DNA of 33,857 bases from a virus (lineage: Duplodnaviria > Caudoviricetes), in the IMG/VR virus record IMGVR_UViG_3300037780_000214, positions 1-33,857 of that record, one strand, 5' to 3'. Under the pieces are notes generated by a model. That model made no database searches. It was not told the origin of the DNA and saw only the letters and a program-made list of their open reading frames with translations. Below are positions 9,354-17,769 of the stretch, one piece after another; within the stretch, counting starts at the first letter, position 1; every line of letters begins with the position of its first letter. The translations under genes were made by a program, and so were the position numbers.

Positions 9354-9577
9354 TGCAGCGCCACCGTCATCTTGGACAGGTCGCCGGCGTCCTGGACGCT
9401 CTTGATCCGGCAGGCCGGGTCCAGACAGGCGCGTGCCTTCTTCAGTGCGGCGACTTCAGAATCGGCGGGAACGCAGATGGAGCCGATGCAGGGATGGGTG
9501 TGGCCGCTGACCTTCTGGCCGGGCATTACGACATCGATCGGATCGCGCCGGTCGAAATAGACGATGAAGTATCTCAT
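9350..9577 (-). CDS. Hypothetical protein (MRYFIVYFD...)
   Basis: ATG 9577; stop overlaps the next start; 75 aa. Confidence 0.6.
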   Translation of the reverse strand: MRYFIVYFDRRDPIDVVMPGQKVSGHTHPCIGSICVPADSEVAALKKARACLDPACRIKSVQDAGDLSKMTVALQ

Positions 9578-9660
9578 GCCTCTGCACCCCCAATGGCGCG
9601 ACCTAGGGGCGTGCTTTGCTGGATATGCAGGCGGAAAGTCCGGAAATCTCGCGGTTGCAT
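9574..9660 (-). CDS. 28-aa small ORF, first gene of the early operon
   Basis: MQPRDFRTFRLHIQQSTPLGRAIGGAEA*; AGGGAAGG RBS upstream; TGA overlaps the next ATG (ATGA); absent from the supplied ORF track. Confidence 0.5.
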   Translation of the reverse strand: MQPRDFRTFRLHIQQSTPLGRAIGGAEA

Positions 9661-9750
9661 GGGCCACTACCCTTCCCTGTTTTTGGCATCCCATACGGGA
9701 ATACCTTGGCGAAACTCAAACAGCGTGGTACGAACATCGCGTAACAGTAG

Positions 9751-9770
9751 AAGTACGATTTAACGTACTT
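9751..9770. promoter_or_regulatory. Probable repressor operator in the lysis/lysogeny switch
   Basis: Perfect inverted repeat AAGTACG-ATTTAA-CGTACTT between the divergent early operon and repressor; related TACG..CGTA/CGGA sites at 9729-9743 and 9784-9797. Confidence 0.65.
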
Positions 9771-9789
9771 TGCAATAGGAAAATACGAG

Positions 9790-10353
9790 ATGTCGGAAGA
9801 ATTGGCCGAAAGGCTTGGACAGATCGTCGATGAACGGTACTCGGGGAATTGGTCGAAACTGGCGGATTTCTGCGGAATTCCGAAAACTTCGATGCAGTCC
9901 TTGAAAGAGGGACGCTCTCCTAGATGGGATACGATTGTGCGTGTTTGCACGCCTACCGGTATAAGCGCCGATTATCTGCTGACCGGGCGCGGCCCCCGGT
10001 TCCGGACCGAGAATTCCGGCGGGTTCACCCCTGACGAGCGTTATATCGTTGAGGTGTTTCGGTCGCTGCCGGATACAGCCAGGCAATCCGCCCTGGTCGC
10101 CGTTTCCCGGCCGATCCTCGCATCCAAGGTGGCCGAGGTGGCGACAAGAGTTCTGTCCATGCTGAACGTCGAGCGTGTGATTGCCGACGGCATGGGCGAT
10201 ACACTGACAGACGAATCGATCGCCTTGATCGCCGCCCATATCGGGGCGCAATCGGAGAGCGCGGCGACCGTTCCGGGCGCACCGGAACAACCTTCCCGCA
10301 CGGATACGGTCAAAGGATTGATTTCTCGGCTTGTTCCCTCGCGGAAACGCTGA
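9790..10353 (+). CDS. Immunity repressor (N-terminal XRE HTH, no S24 peptidase domain)
   Basis: WSKLADFCGIPKTSMQSLKEGRSP...ISADYLLTG; divergent from the early operon. Confidence 0.8.
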   Translation: MSEELAERLGQIVDERYSGNWSKLADFCGIPKTSMQSLKEGRSPRWDTIVRVCTPTGISADYLLTGRGPRFRTENSGGFTPDERYIVEVFRSLPDTARQSALVAVSRPILASKVAEVATRVLSMLNVERVIADGMGDTLTDESIALIAAHIGAQSESAATVPGAPEQPSRTDTVKGLISRLVPSRKR

Positions 10354-10421
10354 TCGCCTTTCTTCCCCAATACAGGGCATGGTAGCTTTGCGGCGCTGCA
10401 CCAAGCGACGAAGGCGTGTTC

Positions 10422-11120
10422 ATGGCCGGCCCCCTCGAATTCAAGCCCCCTTTGATGATGGATGTTCGGGTTCTCGGACGGGTTGCCGTCCGTCTGACGG
10501 AGACCCTTGCGTCCAAGGGTGTGACGATGGAACGAAGCTTCGACCCCTACGCGTTCCGAGAAGCGGCTTTGGAGGCTGGCCGGATACCGTCCGCGCTGTT
10601 CGACCCGGATCGGTTCGCCTTCGCGTCCGGCGGTATGTTCTGGATCGCTGGGCGCCGTGACGGTCGTATCGTGCATCTTCAGGCGGTGCGACTGGACGAT
10701 ACGGAAGGCGGCACTCTTGCCTCCTACCTGCCGGCCCTGTTCCGGCAGGGATGGCGGGCGTCGCCGCCGATCGTCGAATGTCCCTTGTTGGACAGGATCT
10801 CCGGGCGGGTCGCCTATCGCGGCGATTTCTGGACCGAGGCAAAGAACGGCCTGATCGGCCTCGCCGCTCCGCTCGCACGCCTCGGCACGCTCTACACCTT
10901 CACGACATGGCATCGCGCGCCGGATTGGGCCTGGGCGGTGTTCGAACGGCGCCCCTTCGAACAGGGCTTCCCGGCTCGGTCCTGGTTTCACGAAACGGCG
11001 CCGATCGGTCAGGGCTGGGAAGATTGGCTGCAGCCGGACGAAAGGGTCGGAGCGCTGTCCTACGCCGATTTCATCCGGCAACTGGCATTGGCGGATGCGT
11101 CTCCCGACATAGAACCATGA
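10422..11120 (+). CDS. Hypothetical protein, possible GNAT / acyl-synthase-like fold
   Basis: FDP...FWIAG...HLQAVR, YRGDFW....GLIGLAAPLAR...W..PDW pattern reminiscent of an acyl-CoA-binding motif A region; ATG 10422 after GAAGG (GTG 10416 alternative). Confidence 0.6.
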   Translation: MAGPLEFKPPLMMDVRVLGRVAVRLTETLASKGVTMERSFDPYAFREAALEAGRIPSALFDPDRFAFASGGMFWIAGRRDGRIVHLQAVRLDDTEGGTLASYLPALFRQGWRASPPIVECPLLDRISGRVAYRGDFWTEAKNGLIGLAAPLARLGTLYTFTTWHRAPDWAWAVFERRPFEQGFPARSWFHETAPIGQGWEDWLQPDERVGALSYADFIRQLALADASPDIEP

Positions 11121-11865
11121 CCGCCGGCACGTCGCGATAGCGAACGGGCATGACCAGTCTGTTATAACGCAGATGCCGCGTCACATTCTCAATAGTGACA
11201 TTGGTCGACACCCAGGATGCGCGCGGTTCGCCGGCGTCGACAACGCGGCGATACTCGAATGCCGCACGTGTTTCCAGTTCCCTGTCGAGGGTCCGGCTAT
11301 GCGCCCGCGGGTCTCGGGCGAATTCGTGACCGTAATAGGTCGCAACAACGGAGCCGGGGCCGCAATGCAGGTATTCGGGTAGGCTGGCCTCCGGCGCGGC
11401 ATGTACGACGGATGCGCGCTCGACATCGCCGGTATATCGATCGTCGGCTGAGAAGTTCCCGCCTGTTCTGGCGAACCAATCCGTCGCCCGTTCGAATACG
11501 GGATCCGTGCGAAGGTCCGACAGGGATATTGTTCGGACCGCTTCGAATCGATCTTGTCCAGGGTCCAGTCGCGCGATGATGTCCAAAGCGGCGCGGAACT
11601 GCATGGGGTCGATACCTGCCAGCCGTCCGGAATGACCGGTCAGCAGCCAATCCAGGGTGACACCTGCCCGGTCGCACAGATCGGCCACGCGAAACAGGGG
11701 TGCCGCGGACCGTCCTTGACGCCAGTTGGATATCTGGTCGGCCGAGTATCCGACCAGGTCGGCCGCCGCCTCGCGGCCTCCGACTGCGTCGACAACGATG
11801 GCGAACCTATCTCGGAATTCTTCGGTCCAGCCTTCGACCTTCGCATCTGCTACTTTCGCGCACAT
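11071..11865 (-). CDS. XRE/CI-like HTH fused to a C-terminal PAS-like (PAS_5-type) domain
   Basis: N-term GGREAAADLVGYSADQISNWRQG...VTLDWLLTG; C-term EYRRVVDAGEP...RYNRLVMPV pattern of PAS_5-type domains. Confidence 0.7.
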   Translation of the reverse strand: MCAKVADAKVEGWTEEFRDRFAIVVDAVGGREAAADLVGYSADQISNWRQGRSAAPLFRVADLCDRAGVTLDWLLTGHSGRLAGIDPMQFRAALDIIARLDPGQDRFEAVRTISLSDLRTDPVFERATDWFARTGGNFSADDRYTGDVERASVVHAAPEASLPEYLHCGPGSVVATYYGHEFARDPRAHSRTLDRELETRAAFEYRRVVDAGEPRASWVSTNVTIENVTRHLRYNRLVMPVRYRDVPAVMVLCRETHPPMPVAG

Positions 11866-11944
11866 TTATTTCGCCTCTGCCGATTAACCCGATAGAGATT
11901 CAATTTCTACGCTATTTTTGGGAAAAACGGAAGAAGTTTCGCTG

Positions 11945-11979
11945 TATGCTTGCATAGAGCTTAAAAACTTTAGTAGTAT
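11945..11979 (+). promoter_or_regulatory. Candidate sigma70 promoter with an overlapping palindrome
   Basis: TTGCAT(11950-55)-N18-TAGTAT(11974-79); inverted repeat TATGC-TT-GCATA (11945-56) over the -35; AT-rich divergent intergenic region. Confidence 0.45.
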
Positions 11980-12018
11980 GCGCCTCCAACGATCATCCCA
12001 CCGTAGCAGGGGCCTTCC

Positions 12019-12204
12019 ATGAGCCAAGAGATGACCAGCGCTGAAGTGGCGAACCTGAAAGATATCGCGAAGCAGGTTCGCGCATCCTCCGGTCGGGGTT
12101 TCCCTTGGCGAGATGTCGCACTCGTCGTTTCCGCTGCCCTGGTCGCCGGCGGTCTGTTCCGGTTGGCGATAGCGATCGAATCCCTTCCGGCCCTTCCCGG
12201 ATAA
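12019..12204 (+). CDS. Small single-pass membrane protein
   Basis: Hydrophobic VALVVSAALVAGGLFRLAIAI; AGGGG RBS. Confidence 0.6.
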   Translation: MSQEMTSAEVANLKDIAKQVRASSGRGFPWRDVALVVSAALVAGGLFRLAIAIESLPALPG

Positions 12205-12280
12205 CCTTTCTCGCGACGGTTGCCAAAACTTTGCAACTGCCTCTATTCTGCGCATTCGTATCAGGATTGAGGGGGGCAGT

Positions 12281-12820
12281 ATGGCTAAGACTTTTGCGTG
12301 TCCAAGCTGCAATAAGCAGATTGCCTATACGGCCGTAGCTTGTCCAAGTTGCGGGCATACCGTGACCGATAAAGATCGCAAGTTGGCAAAATCTGCGGAG
12401 AAGGCTGTCGGCATTGGAGGCGCGGTCCTTGTGGTGGTCGTCTTGGTCGCGGTGCTCTTTTTTAGCCATGAAAGCGACGAAGAGAAGGCCGCGCGGATTG
12501 CGGAAGAACAACTCCAGAAGGCTGCTGAGCAGGCCAAGACCGCGGAGAACCGCCGAAAGGGGTTCCATTGTTTGAGTTCGTGGGACGGGTCTCATATCAA
12601 ACTGGAGCGGATCGTGAAGGGTGTGTTGAACGATCCCGATTCTTACGAGCACATCGAAACACGGGTCGCCCCGGAACGTAGCGGTTCGCACGATTTTTCT
12701 ATGCGATTTCGAGCGAAGAATGCGTTTGGTGCGATGATCGCGGGCGAAGCCCGAGGGATTTACAACAACAGTGACTGCGAGCCGACGATTCTCTGGGCGC
12801 CAGCACTCGGCATCGAATGA
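12281..12820 (+). CDS. Zinc-ribbon + TM + extracytoplasmic domain moron protein
   Basis: CPSC...CPSCG ribbon, TM helix IGGAVLVVVVLVAVLFF, LNDPDSYEHIET...FRAKNAFG; strong GAGGGGG RBS; candidate promoter TTGCCA-N18-TATTCT at 12220-12249. Confidence 0.8.
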   Translation: MAKTFACPSCNKQIAYTAVACPSCGHTVTDKDRKLAKSAEKAVGIGGAVLVVVVLVAVLFFSHESDEEKAARIAEEQLQKAAEQAKTAENRRKGFHCLSSWDGSHIKLERIVKGVLNDPDSYEHIETRVAPERSGSHDFSMRFRAKNAFGAMIAGEARGIYNNSDCEPTILWAPALGIE

Positions 12821-12834
12821 AGGGAGAAACGGTT

Positions 12835-13023
12835 ATGAAATATGCGATTGCTGTAACCAACCCGATCCAGGGTACCAAGGATGGCGAATGGCGATATGGA
12901 GTCACGGTGAAAGACGACAAAGGAAACCTGTTGTATTCGGAACACTTCCCGTCGGAAACCCATGCACAGCGGCACGCTGAACGGCTAGGGACATTAATCG
13001 CCGCCATCGCCCCCGAAGACTGA
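12835..13023 (+). CDS. Hypothetical 62-aa protein
   Basis: GGAGA RBS before ATG 12835; convergent with and overlapping the end of gene D. Confidence 0.55.
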   Translation: MKYAIAVTNPIQGTKDGEWRYGVTVKDDKGNLLYSEHFPSETHAQRHAERLGTLIAAIAPED

Positions 13024-14001
13024 CCGGCGTTCCTCTAGCTTCACCGCGTTTCGGTATCCTTGATCGTCCAGGGAGTGCGTGACTTCGGTTGCCAGCCATT
13101 CCCTGGCGTTGATCTCCGGACGCCAGCCGGTCAGGCGCACCGGACTGTTCGCGATCAGATCCGGACGGCCGACCGCTAGATTGATCGTCATTTCGAATTC
13201 CGCCCTGCCCATGGCCTTCAGCGTGGCGTCTGCCGCTCGCTCGGCTTCTGCGGCGGTCGCATAGGTTGTGCGCAGCGTCTTGACCTCTCCGAAGTCGTTG
13301 CCGGCCAGAACGGCGTGATCCTTCCCCGCATGATGATCCTGCCACCATGCGCGCACGCCGCTGTAGCGGGCCTTTGCGTCGGTCTGTCTGAATGTGTGCC
13401 CGTCGCCTTCCGAACGGTCGATCGTGATCTCCGGCAGAGCGATACCGTTGACCGTCGACGGGTATCCGATCGGCAGGAACAACAGGTGCTCCGCCTTCAC
13501 GGCCGCGATGGCGTCGACCGGCTTCGCCAGGCGGGCGACAAGGTTGGCGTCCGATTCGGTGGTCTGGTCGACATGGGGTATGCCGAGGGCCGCTAGGCCG
13601 TCCTCGATCGCCGGCGTCAGGCCGTTCCGTTCGGCGACGGTTCGAATGATGGTCCCCAGCGTTGCCGCCGAATAGCTCAGATCGCGTTCCGCTTTGATCG
13701 ATTGCGCGAAATTGGCGGAAAGGGCGCGGATCGTCAGAGTATCCGGTGGCCCGGTTTCCTCCACTGTGTCGACGACGAACCGGCCCATATGGACAAGGCC
13801 CGTCGTCTCCCATCCCATATAGACCGAAAGATTCGCCCCCTTCTGCGGCCAGGCGATTCGATGATCGGGATCGGCCAGTACGAGAGTCAGGTCGTCGGCT
13901 TCCAATTCGCGCTTGTCGACCAGGTTGATCGAACAGTGCGACCGCGACAGTAAGGCGGTTACGTCCGCGCCGTTCGCTTCGACCGCGAAGATCGGCTTCA
14001 T
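12994..14001 (-). CDS. D: P2 gpD-like baseplate hub / late control protein
   Basis: DxxxxEADxLxLxLxD, MGxFxVDxVxxxGPPD, DQTTESDANL motifs; follows U. Confidence 0.92.
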   Translation of the reverse strand: MKPIFAVEANGADVTALLSRSHCSINLVDKRELEADDLTLVLADPDHRIAWPQKGANLSVYMGWETTGLVHMGRFVVDTVEETGPPDTLTIRALSANFAQSIKAERDLSYSAATLGTIIRTVAERNGLTPAIEDGLAALGIPHVDQTTESDANLVARLAKPVDAIAAVKAEHLLFLPIGYPSTVNGIALPEITIDRSEGDGHTFRQTDAKARYSGVRAWWQDHHAGKDHAVLAGNDFGEVKTLRTTYATAAEAERAADATLKAMGRAEFEMTINLAVGRPDLIANSPVRLTGWRPEINAREWLATEVTHSLDDQGYRNAVKLEERRSVFGGDGGD

Positions 14002-14444
14002 CCTGTGCCCCCGTTCCGCCCGGCATTGGAACTGATGGATAGGTCGCCCGCGGCGGAGCGGATATCGTCTTCGTCATACCGTGACAGGGTCACGGTGAAC
14101 TCGATCTTCAGCGCGGTACCGTCCGGCAGGAACTTCGACCGAGTCTGTTCGATACCCTCGATAACCCAATAGCCGCGCACGGCGCCCGAACTCTCGGTCA
14201 GTATCCACGGGCGGCCGGTCGACGCCATTTCCCGCAGCCGGTCCAGTTGCGCGGGACCGCCGGTCAGCTCGGGCGCCAGAACTCCCTCGAATGTGATCAT
14301 GTCCCGCCCGGGGCCAGTGTACTGCATCGCCGGAAGGCGACCGATCCGCTTCGCCGCGGCATGGTCATAGGCGGTGCTCCGCTTCTCAGTTTCGAAGGGC
14401 GCGGTCTTCAGTCCGAAGACGAACAGGCCAAGCGCAGCGAGCAT
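13998..14444 (-). CDS. U: P2 gpU-like tail protein
   Basis: MLAALGLFVF...QYTGPG...GVLAPELTGG. Confidence 0.92.
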   Translation of the reverse strand: MLAALGLFVFGLKTAPFETEKRSTAYDHAAAKRIGRLPAMQYTGPGRDMITFEGVLAPELTGGPAQLDRLREMASTGRPWILTESSGAVRGYWVIEGIEQTRSKFLPDGTALKIEFTVTLSRYDEDDIRSAAGDLSISSNAGRNGGTG

Positions 14445-14455
14445 TCCTTACCCCC

Positions 14456-16918
14456 TCAATCGTCGAACAGGCGTCCGCGTGCCCGGGCGGCTTCTTCGCG
14501 CTGGATCCGTTCGATCTCTTTCCGGACCGCCTTCGCGATCGCGTCGGCGTCGGTATCGGCGCCGGCGTGGATTGTGATGTTGTATGTCGCGGTAACATTC
14601 GTTGCCGGTGCGGGATCCGGCGTTGTCTGTCCCGCATAGGCGGGTGTGGCCGCGGTAACGGCCGCGACGGATGCGACGGCGATTCTTCGGGGCGGGCGCA
14701 TCTGTGCCGCTTCCGTCGTGCGGATCGGGTTCTCTTCCTCTCCGCCGAACAGGCCGGAAACGCTGTCGACCAGCCAGGAAATCGGTTTTGTCAGCACGTC
14801 GATCTTGGATAGCAGCCAGTCGGCGCCGGCGGAGAAGACCGATTTGATGCCGTCCCACATTTCGCCGAAGAACTCGGTGATGGCGCCCCAATTGTTCACG
14901 ATCATCCCCAGCGGGTGCCAGGAGATCCCCGCCTTGATCCATTCCCAGGCGACCGCGAAGATCGCCTTCGCTCGCTCCCAAAGGGCGCTGAAGAAGCTCG
15001 GCAGTTCGTCCCAATAGGCGATGATCAGACCGGCCGCGAGCGCGATACCCCCGATGATCAGACCGATCGGGTTTGCCATCAGTGCCAGCGTCAGGATGCG
15101 GACGCCTGTCGCGGCCAGCTTCGCCCCCTTGAACAGCATCGGGAAAACGGACAGTGCGCCGCGCCCGCCGATGCCGAATAGTTCCAGTCCAACGGTCAGG
15201 ATCGTGAAGCCGCGGCGCATCATGGCGAGCGGGCCGGCCAGGGCCGCGAGGGTCAGCGCCAGGGATCCGGCAGTGGCCGCAACGGCGCCGATTCCGCCGA
15301 CGAGAAGCACAAGCGTCCGGGTAAGCGTGGGGTTCTCTGTCGCGAACTCGGCAACTCCCCGCGTTAGCCGGGTCAGATACTGCACCCCCGCCCGGAACGG
15401 GCCGCGGACCGTGTCCCATACGGACAGGGCGAGTTCCTGCCAGGCGGAGGAGAGGGCCTTCAAATCCCCCGCTTCGTCATCTCCCATGAAGGATGCGACC
15501 CGGGCGGCTTCGCCTTGGGCGTTTCTGAGGATGTCGGCGAATTGGACGATGCCGCCGGCGCCGCCCTTCTCGACCAGTTCGGCCATCGCCGCGCCCGCTT
15601 CTTCGCCTGCCAGGTCTTTGAAGATCGCCATGCGCTGCGCCGTGCCCATCCGTTCGGTCTTCGTCGCGATCTCCGCCATGATGTCGACCATCGGACGCAT
15701 ATTGCCGGCCGCGTCCTTCACGCGCAGACCGATATCCGCCATGGCGTCCCGCGCCATGCGTGTCGGGGCGGCGAGCCGGTTATGCATGGCGCGTAGCGCC
15801 GTGCCCGCCTTCTGCCCCTGGATACCGACATTGCCCAGCAACCCGGCCATGGCCGAGGCGTCCTCGATCGACGTTCCCAGCGTCTTCGCGATGGGCGCGA
15901 CATACTCCATCGTCGAGCCCAGCATTTCCAGGTTCACGTTGGACCGTGTGAAGGTAGCGGTCAGTACGTCGCCGACCCGCCCCATGTCTTGCGCCTGAAG
16001 ACCGAAACCAGACAGGATGTTCGACGCGATGTCCGCCGTCCGTCCCAGCTCGGTTGCGCCGGCCTTCGACAGGTCCAGCAGTCCGGGCATCGCGGCCAGA
16101 ATCTGATTGGTTTCGAACCCCGCCATGGCGAGGTACCCCATGCCATCGGCGGCTTCGGTTGCGGAAAAACTGGTCGAGGCCCCTAACTCCCGCGCAAGGC
16201 CGGTCAGGTTCTGGAATTCCTCCGTCGCGCGATCGATGCGCGCGACGGCGCCGACACGGGACATGGCCGCATTGAAGTCCAGGCCGGGCGTCAGAAAGTC
16301 CGATCCGGTCCGGAAAATCTGTCGTCCGGTCGCAACGCCTGCGGCCCCGGTGATCGCTAGGTTGGCGCGCCGCCGCAGGCATTCATTATACTTGTTCTCT
16401 GCGTCGGTCAGGCGTTCTTGGCGTCGTCGAACACGGTCCAGGACCGCGGCGTTCTTCGTCAGTTCCGAATTCGCCTTCGCGATCCTGCCGGCGACCTTGC
16501 GCTGCGCATCCCCCAGCCGATTGGTCTTCAGGCCGGCATCCGCCAGTTTCGTAGATAGCCGGCCTAGCTCCGCACGTTGCTCCGCCTGCTGTTCCTTCAG
16601 GGCCGCGACCCGCCGGCGCGCCGCCTCGAATCGCTTCGTCGCACCGGCCGTTGCCGTTTCGGTTGCCGACATCGCCCGCCCCAGGGCTTGGGCTCGGTCC
16701 TGTGCCTCCTTCAGCGCATCGGCATTGCGAAGCGACTTCGCCTTCAGTGCTTCGAAGGATCGAAGCTGTCGCGCCGTCGTTTCCAGGTTCTTCAGGTCGG
16801 TCCGCGCCTTCGCGAATTCCTGCCGTGCCATCTTGGCGCCGCCGCCGAACGACTGCATGGACTTCGCCGCCTTGGCGAAGTTCTCCGATAGCGTCAGTTG
16901 AATTTTCAGCAGGGACAC
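14456..16918 (-). CDS. T: Tail tape measure protein
   Basis: 820 aa, Ala-rich helical; LGASTSFSATEAA..M.YLAMAGF core; position between E and U. Confidence 0.95.
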   Translation of the reverse strand: MSLLKIQLTLSENFAKAAKSMQSFGGGAKMARQEFAKARTDLKNLETTARQLRSFEALKAKSLRNADALKEAQDRAQALGRAMSATETATAGATKRFEAARRRVAALKEQQAEQRAELGRLSTKLADAGLKTNRLGDAQRKVAGRIAKANSELTKNAAVLDRVRRRQERLTDAENKYNECLRRRANLAITGAAGVATGRQIFRTGSDFLTPGLDFNAAMSRVGAVARIDRATEEFQNLTGLARELGASTSFSATEAADGMGYLAMAGFETNQILAAMPGLLDLSKAGATELGRTADIASNILSGFGLQAQDMGRVGDVLTATFTRSNVNLEMLGSTMEYVAPIAKTLGTSIEDASAMAGLLGNVGIQGQKAGTALRAMHNRLAAPTRMARDAMADIGLRVKDAAGNMRPMVDIMAEIATKTERMGTAQRMAIFKDLAGEEAGAAMAELVEKGGAGGIVQFADILRNAQGEAARVASFMGDDEAGDLKALSSAWQELALSVWDTVRGPFRAGVQYLTRLTRGVAEFATENPTLTRTLVLLVGGIGAVAATAGSLALTLAALAGPLAMMRRGFTILTVGLELFGIGGRGALSVFPMLFKGAKLAATGVRILTLALMANPIGLIIGGIALAAGLIIAYWDELPSFFSALWERAKAIFAVAWEWIKAGISWHPLGMIVNNWGAITEFFGEMWDGIKSVFSAGADWLLSKIDVLTKPISWLVDSVSGLFGGEEENPIRTTEAAQMRPPRRIAVASVAAVTAATPAYAGQTTPDPAPATNVTATYNITIHAGADTDADAIAKAVRKEIERIQREEAARARGRLFDD

Positions 16919-16932
16919 GCCACTTTATCCTT

Positions 16933-17112
16933 ATGAGATGGATTGTCTTCCTGATGGCGGTCGCCGCCTGGATCGCCCTGCACGCCGCCGGGATGGTTTC
17001 GGCTACCGTGTTCATGGCCGGCGGCGTTGTCGCGATCCTTGCGGTTATTGCCTTCCTGGTCTTGTCCGCCTTCCTGATCGAACTTACGAACCGCGGCTGT
17101 TCCGATTCCTGA
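16933..17112 (+). CDS. Small two-TM membrane protein on the strand opposite the tail operon
   Basis: MRWIVFLMAVAAWIALHAAGMVSATVFMAGGVVAILAVIAFLVLSAFLIELTNRGCSDS fills the E'-T gap. Confidence 0.55.
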   Translation: MRWIVFLMAVAAWIALHAAGMVSATVFMAGGVVAILAVIAFLVLSAFLIELTNRGCSDS

Positions 17113-17293
17113 CCGCCGATTCCATGGCGTCGTTCCTCTGTTGCGCCGCCGTCTCCGCCGCATCGAACCAATCCCCCAATTCCTCCATCGACATGTCCGC
17201 CAGAAGTGAGGGCGGCCAACCGCCGCCCATCACTTCGTTGATGAAGGTCCAGGCGGCTGTTACGTCGTCGGGGAGCCGGCGGGCTGGAAAAAA
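17084..17293 (-). CDS. E': gpE' extension produced by -1 programmed frameshift (E+E' spans 17694 to 17084)
   Basis: Slippery T TTT TTC at 17293-17287; the -1 frame reads ...GGWPPSLLADMSMEELGDW..., the GpE' motif, to TAA at 17084. Confidence 0.85.
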   Translation of the reverse strand, partial: FFPARRLPDDVTAAWTFINEVMGGGWPPSLLADMSMEELGDWFDAAETAAQQRNDAMESAVRNRNSRGS

Positions 17294-17694
17294 CGCATCA
17301 GCTCGTTGAACACCTTGACCAGGTCCGGCGCTTCAAGTGAGTCGAGATGCGCCGGCGTAATCGCCGGGCTGGCGATGCGCGGTACCAGGATCATGAACTG
17401 TCCGACATCCATTTCCCCCAGCAGTCCCAGCTTCACCCCGCGAAGGTCGCCACCTTTCGGCCGGCGCAGCGTGATCGCTGGTACTTTTGTCCCGTGTGTC
17501 ATCACGATCGGATGGTCGAAATTGATCGTCAGGAAATCCTTAGTGGTCCCACCGTCATTGGAAGCGTCAGCGGCTTGACCGTTGCTCAGTTCCGCCTGCA
17601 GGCGATCCATTCCGACCGGGTTGGTCGCCTGGTCTTTGCCCTCCGCCGCATCGTGGGAAACGTCGGAGGTGGTCTTCTTCGCATTCGTGCTCAT
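17260..17694 (-). CDS. E: Tail assembly chaperone gpE
   Basis: ITLRRPKGGDLRGVKL...VPRIASP...DL; ATG 17694 after AAAGG. Confidence 0.9.
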   Translation of the reverse strand: MSTNAKKTTSDVSHDAAEGKDQATNPVGMDRLQAELSNGQAADASNDGGTTKDFLTINFDHPIVMTHGTKVPAITLRRPKGGDLRGVKLGLLGEMDVGQFMILVPRIASPAITPAHLDSLEAPDLVKVFNELMRFFQPAGSPTT

Positions 17695-17732
17695 GGTGCG
17701 GCCTTTCTGTTTTGCTCTGTCGAGCGTTTGGG

Positions 17733-17764
17733 AAAAGCCCGGCCCGGTGAGCGCCGGACCGGGC
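17733..17764 (-). terminator. Intrinsic terminator/attenuator after the tail tube gene
   Basis: Minus strand GCCCGGTCCGG-CGCTCA-CCGGGCCGGGC followed by TTTT. Confidence 0.65.
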
Positions 17765-17769
17765 GGCAA

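Noticed and set aside
9661-12018. CtrA boxes (TTAA-N7-TTAA) in the regulatory regions
   Set aside because: Only isolated TTAA half-sites seen
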